Shown here: positions 1 to 12,104 of the stretch, in pieces
Numbering within the stretch: the first letter of the stretch is position 1
Layout: every line of letters starts with the position of its first letter
NCBI GenBank assembly: GCA_964016885.1
Contig: OZ024745.1
Span: 76,260,001-76,324,000 of the forward strand
DNA length: 64,000 nt
Direction: 5' to 3'
From: Eledone cirrhosa
Lineage: Eukaryota
The notes under the pieces: model-generated
Told to the model about the DNA's origin: nothing
The model's input: only the letters and a program-made list of their open reading frames with translations
Databases searched by the model: none
Position numbers and translations under genes: made by a program

Positions 1-150
1 CTCTTGATTTTGTAATACTATGATAACAGGAAATTTACAAATAGGATTTAACCTTAAACTGCCTTTTGCCAATCAAGATTGGCAAAAGGCAGTTCAAGGT
101 TAAATCCAATTTGTAAATTTCCTGTTATCATAGTATTATAAAGTCAAGAG
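1..150. repeat. Near-perfect palindrome (about 74-bp arms), may extend beyond window start
   Basis: ctcttgattttgtaatactatg...tttgccaatc AA gattggcaaa...catagtattataaagtcaagag; 4 mismatches seen by eye. Confidence 0.95.
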
Positions 151-494
151 AATATATAAACGAAGTCACAGACTGTGTGATGAAAGATCTTTGACAATAA
201 ACAACCATGGAAATTTGTAATAAATTGAAGCGAAAACCAACAAGTGCATGTGTTTTTATTGGCAGCATAACCCTCCTAAAGTATAACAATATCTGTTTCA
301 ACACACGTTTTTAGATAAGGTATCTTGCAAAACAAATACAAAAACGAAGTACATATATATATATATATGTATATATATGTATGTATGTATGTATATATAT
401 ATATAGACACAGACAGAAAAGTGAGAGGAGATATACAAATACATAATACCCACATAACATAGATGCGTGTATTTGTAAGTGTGCACATGTGTAA

Positions 495-620
<126 letters not shown>

Positions 621-733
621 TAAATATTCTTTGAGGCAGTTCCTAATTGATGTATGTAATATTAGAACTTGGATGAATTCTGAATTACTGCAATATGGCA
701 TTCTGTAATTAATTTTGAAATCTTTTATTTCAG

Positions 734-824
734 ACTTGATACAACTTTGGGGAAGCCAACATATTTTGGTACTCACAGAGAGAAAATGACTCTTTGTGCG
801 AAAGTGAATATCATAGAAAACCAA
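734..824 (+). CDS. KCNQ1: KCNQ1-like channel, penultimate coding exon
   Basis: tttcAG|A CTT GAT...AAC CAA|GTAAGT; phase matches previous exon; (R)LDTTLGKPTYFGTHREKMTLCAKVNIIENQ resembles KCNQ RLDQSIGK...helix D start. Confidence 0.85.
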
Positions 825-953
825 GTAAGTTTTCATAGCTATTTTAAATCTTAATATGAAATTTCTATCAATTTAGATTCTATGAAGTATATTTCAATAT
901 AATTAGTTGGGTTTCAGGTCTGCTATCAAAAGAGAATTATTGTGGCTGTAATG

Positions 954-1886
954 TTAACCCTTTAGCATTTACATTACTCTACTATTATATTTTCATGGTA
1001 AAGGTTTTATCTCACGTATCTTACATAACATGGAATCTGCAAAATGTTGATGCTGTTATTATTTATTTTGAGAACAATACATTAGTATCAGTATAAGTGA
1101 CCTGTTATAGCCATTTTAAACAGAAAAAAAGTGAGAGAATTCTGTCCAGGTATGACCAGTTTAAATGCTAAAGGGTTAAGGAACCAGACAGGCTATGGAA
1201 GGAAAATTCATAAGTTCAAATTTTAACCCTTTAGTATTTAAACCGGCCATATCTGGCCAGAACTTTCTCACCTCTTTCTGTTCAAATCGGCTGTAACTTG
1301 CCGCTCATACTGATGTTAAGGTATTCTTCTCAAAATAAATAACATCAAAATCTCATAGATTCAATATCATGTGAGATAATTACGTAAAATAAATCTTTTA
1401 CCACAAAAATATTATAGTATATATAGAGTAATGTAAATGCTAAAAGGTTAATGAGGGTGTTGTTGAATGTTAAAAAAGTTATAGTACCAAACTACTAGTC
1501 TGTTTGAAAATTAAAGTGTATTTTCAGAGTATTCTTCAATAACCTAAGATAGAAGTAAATTGTTAAAGATTTAGAATCTGATATTATCAGTCAGTGAAAT
1601 CAGATATTTTTTGTTATTTTTTTCTAAAATTTTCTATTGGCTATTGAAAATACACTGCTAAAACCCTTTAGCATTTACATTACTCTATATTTACTATTGT
1701 ATTTTCATGGTAAAGGCTTTATCTCACATAATTATCTCATAATATTGAATCTACGAGATTTTGATATTATTTATTTTGAGAACAATACCTTAACATCAAT
1801 GTGAGTGGCCGGTTACAGCCGGTTTGAACAGAAAGTGGTGAGAGAATTCTGGCTGGATAAAGCCAGTTTAAATGCTAAAGGGTTAA
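954..1886. mobile_element. Three ~225-bp piggyBac-type MITEs (954-1179, 1223-1451 in opposite orientation, ~1660-1886)
   Basis: TTAA|CCCTTTAGCATTTA ... TAAATGCTAAAGGG|TTAA termini and shared internal sequence; further copies near 9607-9822, 28220-28360, 34338-34510, 37148-37362, 41410-41570, 42173-42388. Confidence 0.85.
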
Positions 1887-2160
1887 CAAAATACACTGTT
1901 TTGCTATGCTTCAGTCATCTTTCAGCTAAATAATTAGCACTTTAAATCCTCAGTTGAATGGATTGTGTATAACAGGTATAACAGAAAAGAAAGAGTGAAA
2001 ATAAACAACTTGCTCCAACAATAATTCATGTAAGAATTAGACATTTCACTAGTAGAAAAATACATCATCATTATGATCATCTTCATTTAATGTTGTTCTC
2101 CCTGTTAGCAAGAGTTGAATATATTGTTATACGGTACATTATATATATACACACACAATA

Positions 2161-2350
2161 GGGCGGTGGATTGGCAGTATCGGTAGAGGGTCGGACGCCA
2201 TGCTTTTCAGCATAGTTACGTCCCTTTGCGGTCTGAGTTCAAATCCGGCCGAGGTTAACTTTGCCTTTCATCTTTACGGGGTTGATAAAAAATAAAGTAC
2301 CAGTAATGCACTGTGTAATTGCTGGCCTTGTGTCAAAAAGTAGAAACAAT
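2161..2350 (+). mobile_element. tRNA-derived SINE family 1 (~190 bp), representative copy
   Basis: A-box-like TGGCAGTATCGG, B-box GAGTTCAAATCC, central GCCTTTCATCCTTACGGGGTCGATAAAATAAAGTACCAG-type block, tail AGTAGAAACAAT; many more copies, e.g. 16814-16980, 18700-18867, 27447-27636, 36238-36450, 54900-55100, 56711-56899, 56980-57192, 57690-57891, 60750-60968, 62728-62905. Confidence 0.85.
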
Positions 2351-2477
2351 TATATATATACACACACATGTGTACTGACATACATTTGTACAGACATACA
2401 TACACTCCTCTTTGATGCCAAAATCTCTACTGCTACTCTCTTATACAGATATATATATATATCATTATACTGTGTAT

Positions 2478-3532
2478 ATCATCATCATCATCATCATTTT
2501 ACGTCCGCTCTTCCCTGCTCGCAAGAGTGGGACGGGTCTTATTCAGCACAGCATCTCTCCACTCGTCACGGTCCTTCGTCATCTCCACCGTGAGCTTCAA
2601 CGATCTCAGGTCTGTTCTCACCACCTCCGCCCATGTTTTTCGTGGTCTACCTCTACCACATCTTTCTTCAACTGGCATTTCCTGGTACTTCTTCACCCAT
2701 CGGTCATCCTCCATGTGCATCACATGTCCATACTACCTCAGTCTCTTCTCCCGTACACTACATTCTATCCCTCTCAGACACAGTTTCTCTCTCAACACAT
2801 TCATGCTGGGTCGTTCACGCACATTTACACTGCACATCCAACGGAGAATGCTTGCCTAATTTCTCTCCAGCCGTTGCATATCCTCTGCAGTTGCTGCCCA
2901 TGTCTCACTACCATGCAGCATCACACTCCTCACACAGGCATCATACAACCGGCCTTTCGTACGCAGGGAGAAACCCTTCTTCGTCAGCAGAGGAAGCAGC
3001 TCCCTAAACTTCTTCCAACCCGTCCTTATTCTAGATACTATGGCCTCGGAACACCCTCCTCCCATTCTAATCTGATCTCCTAGGTACCGGAAGCTATCCA
3101 CCACTTCTATAGCACCCTCCTGCATTGGAAAAATGTGTCTATCAATGCGACTTCTACTGTCTAATTTCCCTGTACATCTACTGCATACATATTTCTCCCT
3201 ACCTGTTAGTTTGCCTGCTATTCCACTACATCTCTTGTGTACCCAGGATCTGCATTGTGTGCATTTTATAGAATTTATGCCAGTTTCTTTTCTGCATATC
3301 AAACATGGCCATTTCCCTGACGGAATCAGAGTTTTGTCCTCTTTTCTACTCATCAACACTTTTGTCTTAGCTAGGTTCACTCTCAGTCCTCTTGCTTCCA
3401 ACTGCTGTTTCCATAGCCAGAATTTATTCTCTAGCTCCTCTACTGATTCTGCTATAAGAACCAGATCGTCAGCATAGAGAAGTTCCCATGGACAGCTAGT
3501 CTTAAACTCCTCTGTTATGGCTTGGAGGACTA
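2478..3532 (-). mobile_element. RTE-clade LINE, 5'-truncated (RT C-terminus with PHD-like Cys insert, (ATG)n tail)
   Basis: ORFs 2856-3401 and 2499-2723 on -: YADDLV, CLIC...CTQCRSWVHKRC, FRYLG, GRGRPRKTW; ends in (ATG)n. Confidence 0.9.
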
Positions 3533-3544
3533 TATATATACATC

Positions 3545-3960
3545 ATCATCATCATCATCATCAGGTTTAGCGTCCGTGTTCCACGCTTGCATGGGTTTGG
3601 ACGGGGGTTTTCCCACTTGAGGCAAGAGTGGTTGTCTTGCTCGCATAGGACTGTCTGGCGGGTTTTCTACAGTTGGATGCCCTTCCTAACACCAACCACA
3701 TTTACAGTGTGGGGCTGGGAGGTTTTTACCGTGTTGCCTACACGGCCACATTACAGCGTGGACTGTCTGGCGGGTTTTCTACAACTGGATGCCCTTCCTA
3801 ACACCAACCACATTTACAGTGTGGGGCTGGGAGGTTTTTACCGTGTTGCTTACACGGCCACATTTACAGCGTGGACTGTGTGTTTTTTTATCGTGACACC
3901 TACACGATCTCATTTGTTTCGGCCTGGATGTTGTGGGACCAACATAACTTTACATTGAAA
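3545..3960 (-). mobile_element. SINE-like fragment with RTE-type tail and an internal ~118-bp tandem duplication
   Basis: ggactgtctggcgggttttctac...ggctgggaggtttttaccgtgttgc repeated at ~3648 and ~3760; (CAT)n end. Confidence 0.6.
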
Positions 3961-4050
3961 GGGGCGGTGTGGATGGTGTGGAGGTGGTGGGACGGGGGGG
4001 TGTTTTGATAGAGATGCCTACTTACTGACTGCAGTAGGTTTTTACTTTGT

Positions 4051-4125
4051 ATTCAACCTGAATCATATGGGATGTTACAAGATTTCTAAGAAATCTTGTA
4101 ACATCTCATATGATTCAGGTTGAAT
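4051..4125. repeat. 75-bp palindrome
   Basis: attcaacctgaatcatatgggatgttacaagatttct A agaaatcttgtaacatctcatatgattcaggttgaat; a single G/T mismatch. Confidence 0.95.
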
Positions 4126-4200
4126 GATATATAACATTTGTGGTGTAATCTACCCTTGTAATATTAGACACAGGATTTACTGTGTTTACTTCTGCACATA

Positions 4201-4257
<57 letters not shown>

Positions 4258-4699
4258 TTGATTGAAGTGTTGATTGCTGAGTAAAATAAGATTAAAGTGA
4301 AGATCAAGTGTTGGTTGAAGTGTTAACTGAAATGTGGATAAAAATGTTGAGTAAATTAAAATAGTACATCCATTGTATTGTCCATTGTTGTTGTTGGCTA
4401 GTTCTATTCAGCTCTATACTAAGAGATATATTGTTTCTGTTCATCAAATATTAGTTACAATTAGAGGTATCTCATCAAATACTTGGATGAAGTTCTCTTT
4501 CACAGTACATCTGGAAACTGAAAGACAGTGGGATTGAAAATGTCTGCTGCAACCTGAATCAGTAGAACAAAAAGATGTATGATATGCATATTGAAAAAAT
4601 ATTACATTCCAGCACAAGAACAACAGTCAGTAAGCAATGGAATTTTCAGCCATTACAACCAAAGAGCATAAATTTTAATATTGATTTGGTTGCAAGAAA

Positions 4700-6570
4700 A
4701 AGGCCTTCTACAATGTGGGGAAAATCTGCAAAAGTGGAAACAAATGACAGAGGCTTCCATAATCATGAAGTCGGTGTATCTGCAGCTACATGTGGCTGAG
4801 AAACTATGACAGTATTAGTTGATAAGATATAAGGGTCAGAGATACTGTCTGACTAGGCTAGGGTTTGGGTTCAATTCAGCACTGAATATTGAGGCAATGG
4901 TTCTCAAGGCCATCCTGGAAAAGGTGGACAAGGCGAAAAGGGCCACCAATTTCTATATTGCTGACATCTTAGTGGATGAGACAGTGATGTCGACAACAGA
5001 GGTGATAGACCACCTAAAGAGGTTTTGATTAACTGGGAAATCACTGAAAGTGACGGAAGGAGCTGCACTGGGGCTCAAACTGTGAAAAGACATTGCAGGC
5101 ATATTGGTATTTCAGAGAGGAAATGAAATCCTGGAACTGGGAACTGGCATGAACAAATAAGAACTCTTCTCAATGTGTGGGAAACTGGTGGGCCATTATC
5201 CAAATAAGGAGTGGCTCCGATCAGCATGTAGCCATGTCAAGAGACAAGCAGATGGGTGAGCTGGGGAGACAGAGTGGCAGAGAGGATTGTGGCTATGATG
5301 CAGGTGATCATGGAGAGGGTAAGGGCAGAGGAAGCTGGTATGTATCCAAATTGGAGAAGGGGATCTTATGGTGTGATGCTAACAGCCTAGTGATAGGGCT
5401 CAATCTGGAAATAGAGAGTATCGAAGTGGAGGATGCAGCCTCGCTTAGGAAGATGGCTGACTGCATCAACATCATCAGGGCCAAATTGGACACTAGGCTG
5501 AAGGGGGTGAATCTGGCCCTGAGATGAGAACTGCATACTATTCAACCACTGCAGGTAAATGGGTTAAATCAGTAATCACCAATTAGAGGAGAGTATGAAA
5601 GTGACGTACATGTTAATAATGCACTACCTTGGGAATCCTGGGAGAGCTAGCTGCTGAGTTTGGCCTGAAGTGAGCATAGTCTTTGTGCTTTCAGAAAGAA
5701 ATAAGGCAGATATTCTAACCAAGGGGAAGAAAACCTGGCTGGAAGTACCAGAGGATTTGGAGTGGGGGTAGCTGCAGTGTGTCAGCTGAGTGACTAGGAG
5801 CTAAAGTGACTGTATACCATGCATCATATGGGAGTGGATAGGACTTTGTTCCTAGCCAGAGAAATTGATTCCAATATTACCAGACAGGGCATTCAGAAAG
5901 GGGCCAGGAGTTGTGACAGGTGTCAGTACATCGACCACGCTCAGAGTGTGCACAACACAGGGCACATCCCAGTGGAACACAATAGGAAATGATTGGTAGT
6001 AGATGTGACACACTACTGGCAGGGGATGTATCTCTTGATGGTTGACTGCGGACCAGGGCAGATGACAATATGGAAGGAAATAAAGACAGTGATTGCAGAT
6101 GAAATCACGTGAATACTGAATGAGATATTCCTGGAGAGGGGCCCTATGGATGTGCTACTGATGGACAATGGCACAGCATTTCACTCAGAGACACTGAAGG
6201 AAATGCTTGATATATGGAATGTGAACTGCTTCTTCAGAGTAGCATATAGACCTAGAGGGAATGGGATCATGGAGAGACACCATGGCACAATCAAGGCCAT
6301 GGGGAAGAGGGGACATATCACCAATTGAGGCAGTATTTTGGTATAACATGTCACCTTGGTCAGGTCAGGCCAAGCCAAGGAGTCGATACCACACCGAGCA
6401 ATATTCAGCTATGAATGGCGACATCTGTGTACAGTACCACAGTGACTTGTAGAAGGGAGAAAGCCTGCACTTATATAGGTCAGAGACAAAGTCTGGGTCA
6501 AGCCTCGAAATGTGTGCTGCAGATATCAATGGGGGAAGGGAACATTAAGCAGAAGTAAGATCATGGGTCA
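4700..6570 (+). mobile_element. Degenerate LTR-retrotransposon (Gypsy-like) pol: RT, RNase H and integrase remnants
   Basis: Broken frames: RYCLTRLGFGFNSA...YIADILV (RT), LWCDANSL (RNase H), LMDNGTAF...AYRPRGNGIMERHHGTIK (integrase core). Confidence 0.75.
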
Positions 6571-6977
6571 CTCTCTCTCTTTCGAACTGTTGGGCACAGA
6601 GGATGTGTTTTTGCCATGTGAGCTCAGGATATATGTTTATAGGTTCTGGCCAGTAGTTTGGCAGGCAAGGCACTCATAGATATACCCTATCTGGACAAGA
6701 TCAACCAGAGACAACTCGTGAGGTAGGTGAGCTACTTTTTTCTGCTCTTCACTACACCATTCATACTTCTTGTTCATAGTCACACTTGAATTCCTTTTTC
6801 TTTTCACTATCAGTAAGGACACATACTCCACTGTTAGTTCAGATACATTTTTTCTATTGATACTATTTCATACATATACAAAGCACTGTAATTCAAATAC
6901 TTTGTGCCTACTTTGTCTACTGTTACTGACCAAGTGACATCACTCTCTAACACTGTGTTCTTTCTTATATCTTTCAG

Positions 6978-7082
6978 GTTATCAACATAGACAGGAAAAT
7001 GGATCAAGTCTTATTGATTTTAAACATGATGTCTAAAACTCATCTGGATTTTAATGGAGACAAAAGTCACCAGAGCAGTTAA
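6978..7082 (+). CDS. KCNQ1: KCNQ1-like channel, probable terminal coding exon (helix D coiled coil)
   Basis: ctttcAG|GTT ATC...AGT TAA; VINIDRKMDQVLLILNMMSKTHLDFNGDKSHQSS*; phase 0 fits; AATAAA at 7110-7115. Confidence 0.75.
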   Translation, partial: VINIDRKMDQVLLILNMMSKTHLDFNGDKSHQSS

Positions 7083-8899
7083 CAAATGATGACTTAATTG
7101 GCAGATGTCAATAAATAGAAATATGGTGTGATACTTCTGGCATTATAAATTCACCACCATACCTTCTTTTTCTCATTAAAATATAATTACTTGTGTTTAG
7201 CATTACCATTCATCACTTGAAGAGATGTTATATACCTATTACAGACTGCCTTTCTTTCAACTGGTCTTTTATCTCTTCAAAAAGGATATTATTGCTAGTG
7301 ATAGAATCGGTAGAACACTGGACAAAATACTTTGCTGTGTTTAGGTTTGTCTCTTTATGCTCTGAGTCCAAATACAGCTATGGTTGACTTTGCCTTTCAT
7401 CTTTTCAGAGTACTATTAATACTTGTGTTGATATGATCAAGAGTCACTTTCCTTAAAAATTTGAGACGATGAGCATATGTTGTATATTGTTGGCAGATTG
7501 GCAGAAACAGTAGAGTAACAGGCAAAATTCCTTGGGGTATTTAATTAAGTCCCTTCACATTTTAAATTTAAATTCCAATGGAACCGACTTTGCCTTTTAT
7601 CCTTCCGGGCTCAAAAAAAAAAAAAAAAGAAAGAAAGAAGTAGCAGTAAAATACCCAGGGGGTTTTTACTGAGTTTCAAGCCACCAAAATTTGTGAAATT
7701 GTGTCTGTTAGAAATCACTATTATTATTATTTATATTCTTTGTTTTAAGTTTGAATCCCATCAAAATCAATTTTGCTTTTCATCCCTCCAGAGAAGAAAG
7801 GTCAATAAAATAAATGTAAGTCATGTGTTGGATCTTTTTAGTTGACTCTACCCCTTCCTTATGAAGTTTTGTACCAATGTAAGAAATTGTGATTGTTCAT
7901 GAGTGCCATGCTGTGGTGATATGTTTATGCCTAACTGAGTCTATATCCAGTTAAAACTATTTACATTTATGTTAGTAATTTTCATAGGAAAGGCTTAGAT
8001 ATCACAACTTCTCATTTCTTTACCTTTATATATACATTCATTACTATGTTTCCAAATAAGAAATTCCACCAAACTAGTGATCATCAAACTAGATGCTTTA
8101 CAGTTTCTACTTAGCTGCTTTAACTACTTTCAAATCTCACCAGGATAATTTTATTGTTCATCCTCCAGGTTTAAAATAAATATCAGTGGTATATTGGAAG
8201 CAATTCAATCAACTACATTTAAAAAATGGACTTCGTTGCAACTGCAAAGAAACTAAGTTAACCATGGTGAAATTTGAATGATTTTCTTCCTGCACCATTC
8301 CCTGTAGGAAACCGAGAACAATGATTTTCACTGAATAACATTTTGAGAGTAAACAAAGACAAATAGAAAACCCCAGTGAATGCTTTGGGGCCCAGTATAT
8401 TTTGAAATTACCCCACCTCACCAGCATACACAAATCAAAACAAAAAAGATCTCCACTTCATTCGTGATAGCATATGTGATTCTTAGTTTCTTTGTTTGAT
8501 TCCTGGTTGAATTTATTTTTTACTTACATTGATATTATTCCTTAGAAAGGCATGGAAATCAAAACTTCTTATCCCCTCCTACAAATTTAGCTATTGTACT
8601 AAGCAAAGAATATTGGTTAATATAAGTAAACACCATAGAGTAATTTTAAGTTTGAGAACTGATTGTAATTGCAAATTGTAGCCAATTTATTTAATCTTCA
8701 GCACGCTATCGACAAGAGAGTAATCTCCCCTTCATAGATAATGCAGTGTCAAGGGAAACAATTCATCAAAAAAAAAATTCAGCATCTTAAGAAATGCATG
8801 AACAGCTACAATTCTATAAATCTGAAGCCTTGATTGAATCAAATATAACTGACTGCTGCATCAGACTAAGCTGAATCACCAAGTATTTATTGGTTGACT

Positions 8900-9220
8900 T
8901 TATGTATATTTGGGGAGTTGAACCTCCATCACTTCTGATGAGTGTTCCAGTGATTCAAACAATGGAACAGTCTGCTTGCAAAATTAACATGTATGTGGAG
9001 GAGTATTCCACAGACACGTGTACCATAAATGTAGTTCTCAAGGAGATTCAGCATGACACAGCGAATGCCAAGTATAACTCATTTTTGCCAATTGATTGTA
9101 CTTGAGCAACATGAAATAAAGTATTATGCTCAAGGACACAACATGCCACTGGGAATTGAACTTAAAACCTTTTGATTATGTGCTAAACACCCTCACCGCT
9201 AAGCCATGTACCTTCACATG
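8900..9220 (-). mobile_element. Old tRNA-head SINE with a different central domain
   Basis: Minus-strand head ggtacatggcttagcggtgagggtg...gttcaattccc...tgtgtccttgagca; diverged. Confidence 0.55.
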
Positions 9221-10092
9221 TATATTTAGACCTCCAATGAAATTATGAGAAAGATAAACTAAAGAGAATGTCGAAAGTTAACTGATGTAATGGATTATCT
9301 TTATTTCTCTACAATATTTATAGCTAGCTATGTTACTAGGATGTGAAACTAAAGCTCATAGTGTCAGTTGTCTGAATCCCATCACTGTTAATGTGTTGTG
9401 TGTGCAGTCAAATCATTTAAATATCATCCAGTCAAATCTACATAGCTGTAAGTTGGTAGTATTATTACAAGAGGCAGGATCAGTAATCAATTAGTGAATG
9501 TCTCAATGCCTTGCACTGTTACATTCAAGTCCAGATGATAAAGCATTCACCTTGCTTCAGATGAGATCACCAAAACACCATGGACTCAATATCAATGAAA
9601 TCCTCTTAATCCTTTTAGCATTTACATTACTTTATATTTTCTATTGTATTTTCGCAGTAAAGGCTTTGTCTCACATAATATCAAACCTATGAGATTTTGA
9701 TATTATTTATTTTGAGAACAATACCTTAACGTCAATATGAGTGGCCAGTTACAGCTGGTTTGAACAGAAAAAGGTGAGAGAATTCTGGTTGAATATAGCC
9801 AGTTTAAATGCTAAAGGATTAAGTGGAAGAACTTAGAAATTCTTGTTTATTCAGGAATTGTCAAAAAAATGTTGTTATTTTTTTACTTTTCATTCTCCAG
9901 AAGTGAATGAAAAATGTGAAGAAAATTGTTAAATTGTTGAATGATAGGAGAGTAAAGTGATTGCATCCACAGACTGTGCATTAAAAAGAAAAATCATTTA
10001 TTTTTCATAAAATCCTAAAGTCATTATATTTACCTAGGGGTAGCCTTCTATGAAGACTTAACCTAGAAGTCAGATGCCATATTCAGTTAGAC

Positions 10093-11443
10093 TAGTGGTT
10101 CCCAAACTTTTTTCAAGCCATTGCTCATTTACTTAGCTCTATGAATTTTCTCAAATTTCTCCCATATGCTATTCTATTAAAATATTATTGAGAGTACATG
10201 TTTGCACAACACTAGAGAAGATGGTAACAGAATAATATTGATAACAGCCACAACCAATTTCACACCATCATTATCATCATGACCGTTTAACATCTATTTT
10301 CCATTCTTGCATGGGTTAGATGGCTTGTCATATTATGAGGCTGGACAGGTCAGGTGACCACATAATGCTTGCTCATACGCTCCATTTTTGGCTTGGTTTT
10401 TACGGCTGGATGCCCTTTGTAATGCCAACCACTTTACATTGTAGACTAGGAGCATTTTCTGTGGCATCAGTGCTATCATCTTACTGGCTGGACTGGGTGC
10501 TTTTTGTCATGGTGCCAGTATGACCACCTTAAAGGGTGGGCTGTGCTTTTTGTTGTGGCATTAGTACAACCACCTTTCAAAAATCTACAATATTTTAGCT
10601 TAATAAATATAATGAAATTCATTTCAAAGCACAAACATTCCAAATACCAATTTTCCAAAGTATTGTAGATACTTTTTTCATTCAGTGATTCCAGCTTACC
10701 AAAGATGTATAATCATTTCTTCATTCAATAATATCAGTTTTCCAACGAATGAAATTTATTTTATTCAATGATACCAAATTTCCCAAAATTGTATAATGAT
10801 TACTTCATTCAGAAATACCAACTTCATAATTTCTTTGCTTTACTTATTTCACAGTTAAAAAATCAATAAATGATAAACAAAACACCCTAACAACCACCCC
10901 TTTCTGTCTTAAAAAGGAAAAGACCCATTGAACGATGTAGTTGCTGATGAACAAAAAGATGGGATGGTCAGATGGTAATGGATGGAAAGCATTTGATTAT
11001 AGATCTGCTCAATTAGGGCTGACCTAGGGCTAAACAACATTAACTACTTCACAGTTCAGTAAATTCTCATTGTCAAAATTGAATGAACTTTTTATGTTTC
11101 AACACTGCATGATTTAGTACTCCACCCTGTGTTATCACCTTATCACTTTTTAGAAGCTTCTCTAGAAAACTATACCCTCCTCTCTTCCATTGAAGGAAGT
11201 GGTACCTTTATTTGGAAATAAACAATATAACCAAGAGAAAGTAGTTTTGGGAGCAATTCAACTCCCAGCTATATCATCTTTATTTAAAAAAACAAAATGC
11301 TGATTGATTGACCATATTGAAGTTACCTCCCTTGATTCTTCCTTCAGGGAGATTTTGCCTATTAATTGTTTGAATGATCTCAGTTTATCAGTTTTTCAAC
11401 TTACTATATGTAAGACCTACTGTATGTGTTTTGGGAACCACTG
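10093..11443. mobile_element. hAT (Charlie-like) non-autonomous element with a nested SINE fragment
   Basis: Termini tAGTGGTTCCCAAA / TTTGGGAACCACTG; 8-bp TSD agttagac / agttggac (7 of 8 match). Confidence 0.7.
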
Positions 11444-11890
11444 AGTTGGACTGATTCCATTATACTTTGGAATATTTAATTACTTCAACATGTATAAACT
11501 AAATTATAAACTGTCTCACTATGATTTTACAAAAGACACAAATTACATTAATAATTATGTATTATCTCAGTGAGACAAATGTTTCTAATTTTCTAAAAAT
11601 AGTTATCTTCTTTTTCCTAATAGTTTGCTTTCTTTAATTTTTTTATTATAAAATTGATATCAAATTTGAACATTTTTATTAATTTCTTTCTTTTTTTATG
11701 TTAGCTGAAAAATTATATGAATGAAATTCCTGAATAAACCTATTTAGAATGTGATATTTGTGTTCTTTTTATTTATTTTCCTGGTGAGATACTTTTTCTC
11801 AACTAGAGCTCATTACGGGCTCTTGTCAATGGTCCAATGCTTAACTGCTATTTGCTGATGCAGACCATTAGTTTCTTCAGATTATATATA

Positions 11891-12078
11891 CAGTGAAATT
11901 CCATTATAATGAAATTTACAGGGTATTAAAAAATATTTGCTGTACTGAAAAATTCTTTTTAATGAGATCTACCAAAACAAATCGAGTGTTTGTTTGTTAT
12001 TACCGCGGGGATTGAAACACATTTCATTATACTGAAAAATTTGTTATAATGGTATTCGTTATAATGTAATTTTACCTG
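11891..12078. mobile_element. Tc1/mariner (Tigger-like) MITE
   Basis: TA|CAGTGAAATTCCATTATAATGAA ... TTCGTTATAATGTAATTTTACCTG|TA. Confidence 0.7.
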
Positions 12079-12104
12079 TATATATTTTTCAAGTGTATAA
12101 ATCA

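Noticed and set aside
276-488. ORFs rich in Y/I/H/T (also 28455-28945, 45573-45773, 49583-49783)
   Set aside because: Translations of (TA)n, (TC)n and (AAAAAT)n microsatellites
2261-3477. Long plus-strand ORFs up to 223 aa (also 32306-33373)
   Set aside because: Antisense shadows of the minus-strand RTE LINE
8934-8990. CTGATGA followed by a TGTTCCA/TGGAACA hairpin
   Set aside because: No GAAA or stems I/III in register; part of an old SINE body
11785-11886. Minus-strand CUGAAGA with a branched AACUA/UAGUU stem
   Set aside because: Followed by GAGA rather than GAAA, and no stem III or stem I; at most a dead hammerhead relic
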